From the sequence record SRR20825019_1881: 42,764 nt of DNA; one strand, given 5' to 3'. The position numbers and the translations under genes are program-made. The notes beneath the pieces were generated by a model. That model was given only the letters and a program-made list of their open reading frames with translations. It was not told the DNA's origin and made no database searches. Each line of letters opens with the position of its first letter. Position 1 is the stretch's first letter. Shown one piece after another: positions 39,591-42,764 of this stretch.

Positions 39591-40181
39591 TCAGGAACGA
39601 ACCGTGAGTTTCTCCACGTATTTCCCCAGAAGATCAAACTCCACATTCAAGGTATCGCCGACTTGCTTTGATCCCAGATTAGTCAGTTCCAGCGTAGTCG
39701 GTATCAACCACACCGCGAAACTCTCTGCCTCAACTTCAGCGATCGTGAGAGCGACGCCATCGAGCGCGACACTCCCTTTATGGACGATCAACCGGCGCAC
39801 GGCTTCACCACCATTAACCCTGAGGTAATAATCGTCACCGCGTTGCTCGAATAGTTCGATGTGACCCTGTGTATCGATATGCCCGGTGACGAAATGCCCG
39901 CCGATTTTTCCATCGAATCGCAAACTGCGTTCAAGATTGACCGAATCGCCCGGACTCAACGCCGCAAAATTAGTCAGACCCCGCGTTTCTTCGAGCACAT
40001 CAAATGACATTCCTTTTGAGTCAAATTCTGTGATCGTCAGACAACAACCATTCACCGCGATACTGTCACCCAAAGCAGCTCCTTCGAGTGCTGCCTTCGC
40101 GGCTATCCGCAATACCCATGCCTGATCCTCCTGTTCAAAGGAAATGACTGAGCCTGTTTCTTCAACAATTCCGGTAAACAT
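39591..40181 (-). CDS. ribE: Riboflavin synthase
   Basis: MFTGIVEE, GDSIAVNGCCLT, VNLERS, GGHFVTGH, KGSVALDG. Confidence 0.96.
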   Translation of the reverse strand: MFTGIVEETGSVISFEQEDQAWVLRIAAKAALEGAALGDSIAVNGCCLTITEFDSKGMSFDVLEETRGLTNFAALSPGDSVNLERSLRFDGKIGGHFVTGHIDTQGHIELFEQRGDDYYLRVNGGEAVRRLIVHKGSVALDGVALTIAEVEAESFAVWLIPTTLELTNLGSKQVGDTLNVEFDLLGKYVEKLTVRS

Positions 40182-40189
40182 GATCGGGA

Positions 40190-41584
40190 TCACTTTAGTT
40201 TCACACGCAGGACGGCCGTATCGCCTCCCCGTTTCACGAGGAGCACGAATTCACTGCGATCACGATCTTCGTCAATGGCCTCCAAAATCGAGGACGCCTC
40301 TGCGAACGAGGTAATTTCGGTTCCATCGATTTCCTTGATCAAATCATCCGTTTGCAGCCCCGCGGTGCTGGTCGGGGCATTGGCTTTTACGAAATGCGCA
40401 ATCACCCCGTGGTGATCTTTTACGGTCAGCCGACGCTGCACGCCGTCAGCATAAGTAAAATCCCGAATCGTCATGCCCAGGGATTCGAAATAACGGCGAT
40501 CGACTTCGCGGGGATCTAGCGGAGCGTCCTCCAATTCAACTTCGATATTCTGGCGGGTGCTACCGCGCAGGATCCCCAAGGTGATCTTATCGCCCGGCAA
40601 ATGACGGCGGAGTTCGCGTTGAAAATAAACCACCCCAACTTGATCGGGTTTTAATACCGGCAACGGTGATCCGTCCAAAGAAAGAATCACATCGCGCGCC
40701 TGCAATCCCACCTTCTCAGCCGGACTGCCTTCGAGGATTTCGCTGACAACCAATCCGGCCTGATCTTCGAGGTCCAGATAGCGTGCCACTTCGGGATCTA
40801 GCGGCTGAAGTCCATTCGCCCCCAACCACACCATCGGCCGTCCTTCGATATTCTGGGGAATCCGATCGAGATAAGGTAGGATTTCGTCTCCCAACATCAC
40901 GGCGGCACTTTCGTCGGGATTAACCAATACCACCGGAACACCACCCCGGATCCGTGCCGAGTATTGCAGATAAGACTGCCCGAAACCTCCAATGGAAAGC
41001 CCCACAAATCGCCCTTGCTGATCATAGGCAGGCAATCCCAGCCCCGACACTTCCTGCATCGCAATTGCCGTGGTCTGCGGCAACCGCTGCAACACAGAGA
41101 CGCGACTACTCATATAATAGGGTGCAAAATTCTCCTCCTTCTTTTTTAAGCCGATGCCCCAAAGCTTATCCGTGACGATGGGATCCGGTGCCACGTCGTA
41201 GGCTGAGATCGGCACGAGCCGCGCACGGGCACTCGCTTGATCAACGCGGATAAATTCCCAACCGGTAAACACGTCGCGTCCCAAATAGGTCGCCGTGTGC
41301 TTTTCAGTGGTCGGTTCACCGGGAAAGTAGATCCGAAAATCCTTAAGTTGCTTGGGCGAAACCCGCATATCGACTGCCTGCACGGGAAAAATAATCGTGC
41401 CCTGATCATCGATCACCACGCCGAAGGTGTTCGTCGGACGCCGATCCAATTCTGTTTCCGTGAAAAATTCCACGGCCACGACTGATTTGATGCGTTCCTG
41501 CCACAGTTCGGCCACCGTGGGAGCAGCCCGCGCCATTATCGTGGAGAGAGGTATCAGGAGAAAGACGAGAAGACTTCGGATCAT
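40190..41584 (-). CDS. HtrA-like secreted protein with a degenerate trypsin domain and two PDZ domains
   Basis: Signal peptide; SVVAV..GVVIDDQGTII trypsin-like strands; PDZ motifs GSPAEKVGLQARDVI and AGLQTDDLIKEIDG; no TNAH or GNSGG. Confidence 0.85.
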   Translation of the reverse strand: MIRSLLVFLLIPLSTIMARAAPTVAELWQERIKSVVAVEFFTETELDRRPTNTFGVVIDDQGTIIFPVQAVDMRVSPKQLKDFRIYFPGEPTTEKHTATYLGRDVFTGWEFIRVDQASARARLVPISAYDVAPDPIVTDKLWGIGLKKKEENFAPYYMSSRVSVLQRLPQTTAIAMQEVSGLGLPAYDQQGRFVGLSIGGFGQSYLQYSARIRGGVPVVLVNPDESAAVMLGDEILPYLDRIPQNIEGRPMVWLGANGLQPLDPEVARYLDLEDQAGLVVSEILEGSPAEKVGLQARDVILSLDGSPLPVLKPDQVGVVYFQRELRRHLPGDKITLGILRGSTRQNIEVELEDAPLDPREVDRRYFESLGMTIRDFTYADGVQRRLTVKDHHGVIAHFVKANAPTSTAGLQTDDLIKEIDGTEITSFAEASSILEAIDEDRDRSEFVLLVKRGGDTAVLRVKLK

Positions 41585-42764
41585 GGTTTGAATACGTAAA
41601 GTGACACGCGATGATTGCGACTGGTTTCAACTAAAACGGCCGCAGGGTCATGAGTATAGGCCTCGTGTTGCTCCTTGGCAATTTGCAAGGAAGTGACCGC
41701 GAGACGGTTGATTTTCAAAATGATATCACCGGGAGTCAGACCCGAGACCGCCGCGGGAAACCCTGCCCGCACGCCGATCACAACCATCCCATCCGCATTC
41801 TCTAATTGATGCTCCCGGGCGTAAGTGCGCGATACTTTGCGCACGCTTAATCCCCACTCCTCGAACGCTTCCTCCTCGCCCACGCGACTGATCAACTTCT
41901 CCGTCGTTACCGTTTTCGTGTGCGAGGCGCCATTGCGGAAAATCTCCAGCCGCAACTGTGCCCCCACCGGACGCGAAGCTATCTGGTTTTGAATTTCCGG
42001 CAATTGCTCCGGAAACCGGCCATCCACTTTCACCCCATCAATCGACAACAGAATGTCGCCACCCCGAAGACCCGCCAAAGCCGCGGGTGATTTGGTATCA
42101 ACACTCTTGATCAACATCCCCGTATTCTGAGCCAAATCGTAGAACCGTTCGAGATCCTGGAGCACGCCGGGAACAATCCCGATATAGCTTCGCGTGATTT
42201 CACCATTTTCAACCAGTTCACCAATAACTTGGCGCGCCACCTTCGCGGGAATCGCAAAAGCCAGATTGTCCGCGCCGAGATACCCTCGGGAATTGATCCC
42301 CACCACCCGGCCATTTTCGGTGACCAGAGGACCTCCGGAATTCCCCGGATTGATGGCCGCGTCAGTCTGCAGCCAAGTATTAAATGCACCGGTTTCATAG
42401 CCACGCACTCCACTCGAATCCTCAAAGTGCCTCCGTTGGTTGGAGATGATCCCACGGGTCACTGTTCGGGTGAGACCATAGGGTGTGCCGACCGCATAGA
42501 CCGTCTGGCCCGGATCCAGTTTATCACTGTTACCGAGTTTCGCCACGGTGAAGCTCAGCTTACGCTGCTTGATCTCCTCCATATTCAACCGAATCAGCGC
42601 CAGATCCGTCCAATGATCCCATCCGACCAAAGTCGCGCCAACACGTTCGAGATTCGCGAGCGTCACATTGATTTCCACCGCCTCAGGACTCACCACATGA
42701 GCGTTGGTAAGCACCAAGCCGTCTTTGGACAAAATCACCCCGGAACCAATCCCCGAACCGAATC
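41581..42764 (-). CDS. HtrA/DegP-family serine protease with two PDZ domains (5' end outside the window)
   Basis: Frame open to the window edge (GSGIGSGVIL); catalytic triad in TNAHVV, TDLAL and TDAAINPGNSGGP; two PDZ domains. Confidence 0.95.
   Translation of the reverse strand, partial: FGSGIGSGVILSKDGLVLTNAHVVSPEAVEINVTLANLERVGATLVGWDHWTDLALIRLNMEEIKQRKLSFTVAKLGNSDKLDPGQTVYAVGTPYGLTRTVTRGIISNQRRHFEDSSGVRGYETGAFNTWLQTDAAINPGNSGGPLVTENGRVVGINSRGYLGADNLAFAIPAKVARQVIGELVENGEITRSYIGIVPGVLQDLERFYDLAQNTGMLIKSVDTKSPAALAGLRGGDILLSIDGVKVDGRFPEQLPEIQNQIASRPVGAQLRLEIFRNGASHTKTVTTEKLISRVGEEEAFEEWGLSVRKVSRTYAREHQLENADGMVVIGVRAGFPAAVSGLTPGDIILKINRLAVTSLQIAKEQHEAYTHDPAAVLVETSRNHRVSLYVFKP

Overview
Mostly core chromosome of a GC-rich Gram-negative bacterium. 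Gene content and order suggest Verrucomicrobia, Opitutaceae-like (inference). From left to right: (1) a cluster of solute-binding, RidA, amidohydrolase and NCS2 permease genes, with REP-like palindromes in the gaps; (2) a metal-uptake locus, in which an MntR/DtxR repressor, a membrane-anchored DtxR-FeoA-FeoA fusion and a split FeoB are transcribed divergently from a CxxC-plug TonB-dependent receptor across a shared palindromic operator; (3) an Fe(III)-type ABC permease whose binding protein and ATPase lie about 12 kb away; (4) housekeeping genes (trpD, glmM, uppP, rpmF-plsX-fabH-bamD-lptE-rpe, hpt, SRAP, RsmB-like, scpA, trxA, menA, acylphosphatase, tRNA-Ser(GCT), metK-ahcY, Hpt protein, family-4 UDG, ribE); (5) an HtrA protease translationally coupled to a catalytically degenerate HtrA-like PDZ protein. 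The most novel-looking items are the Feo/DtxR/TonB metal module, a ~190-nt structured intergenic RNA candidate (38481-38670) and the protease/pseudoprotease pair. No CRISPR array, integrase, transposase or rRNA was seen. All calls come from motif recognition by eye; no searches were run.
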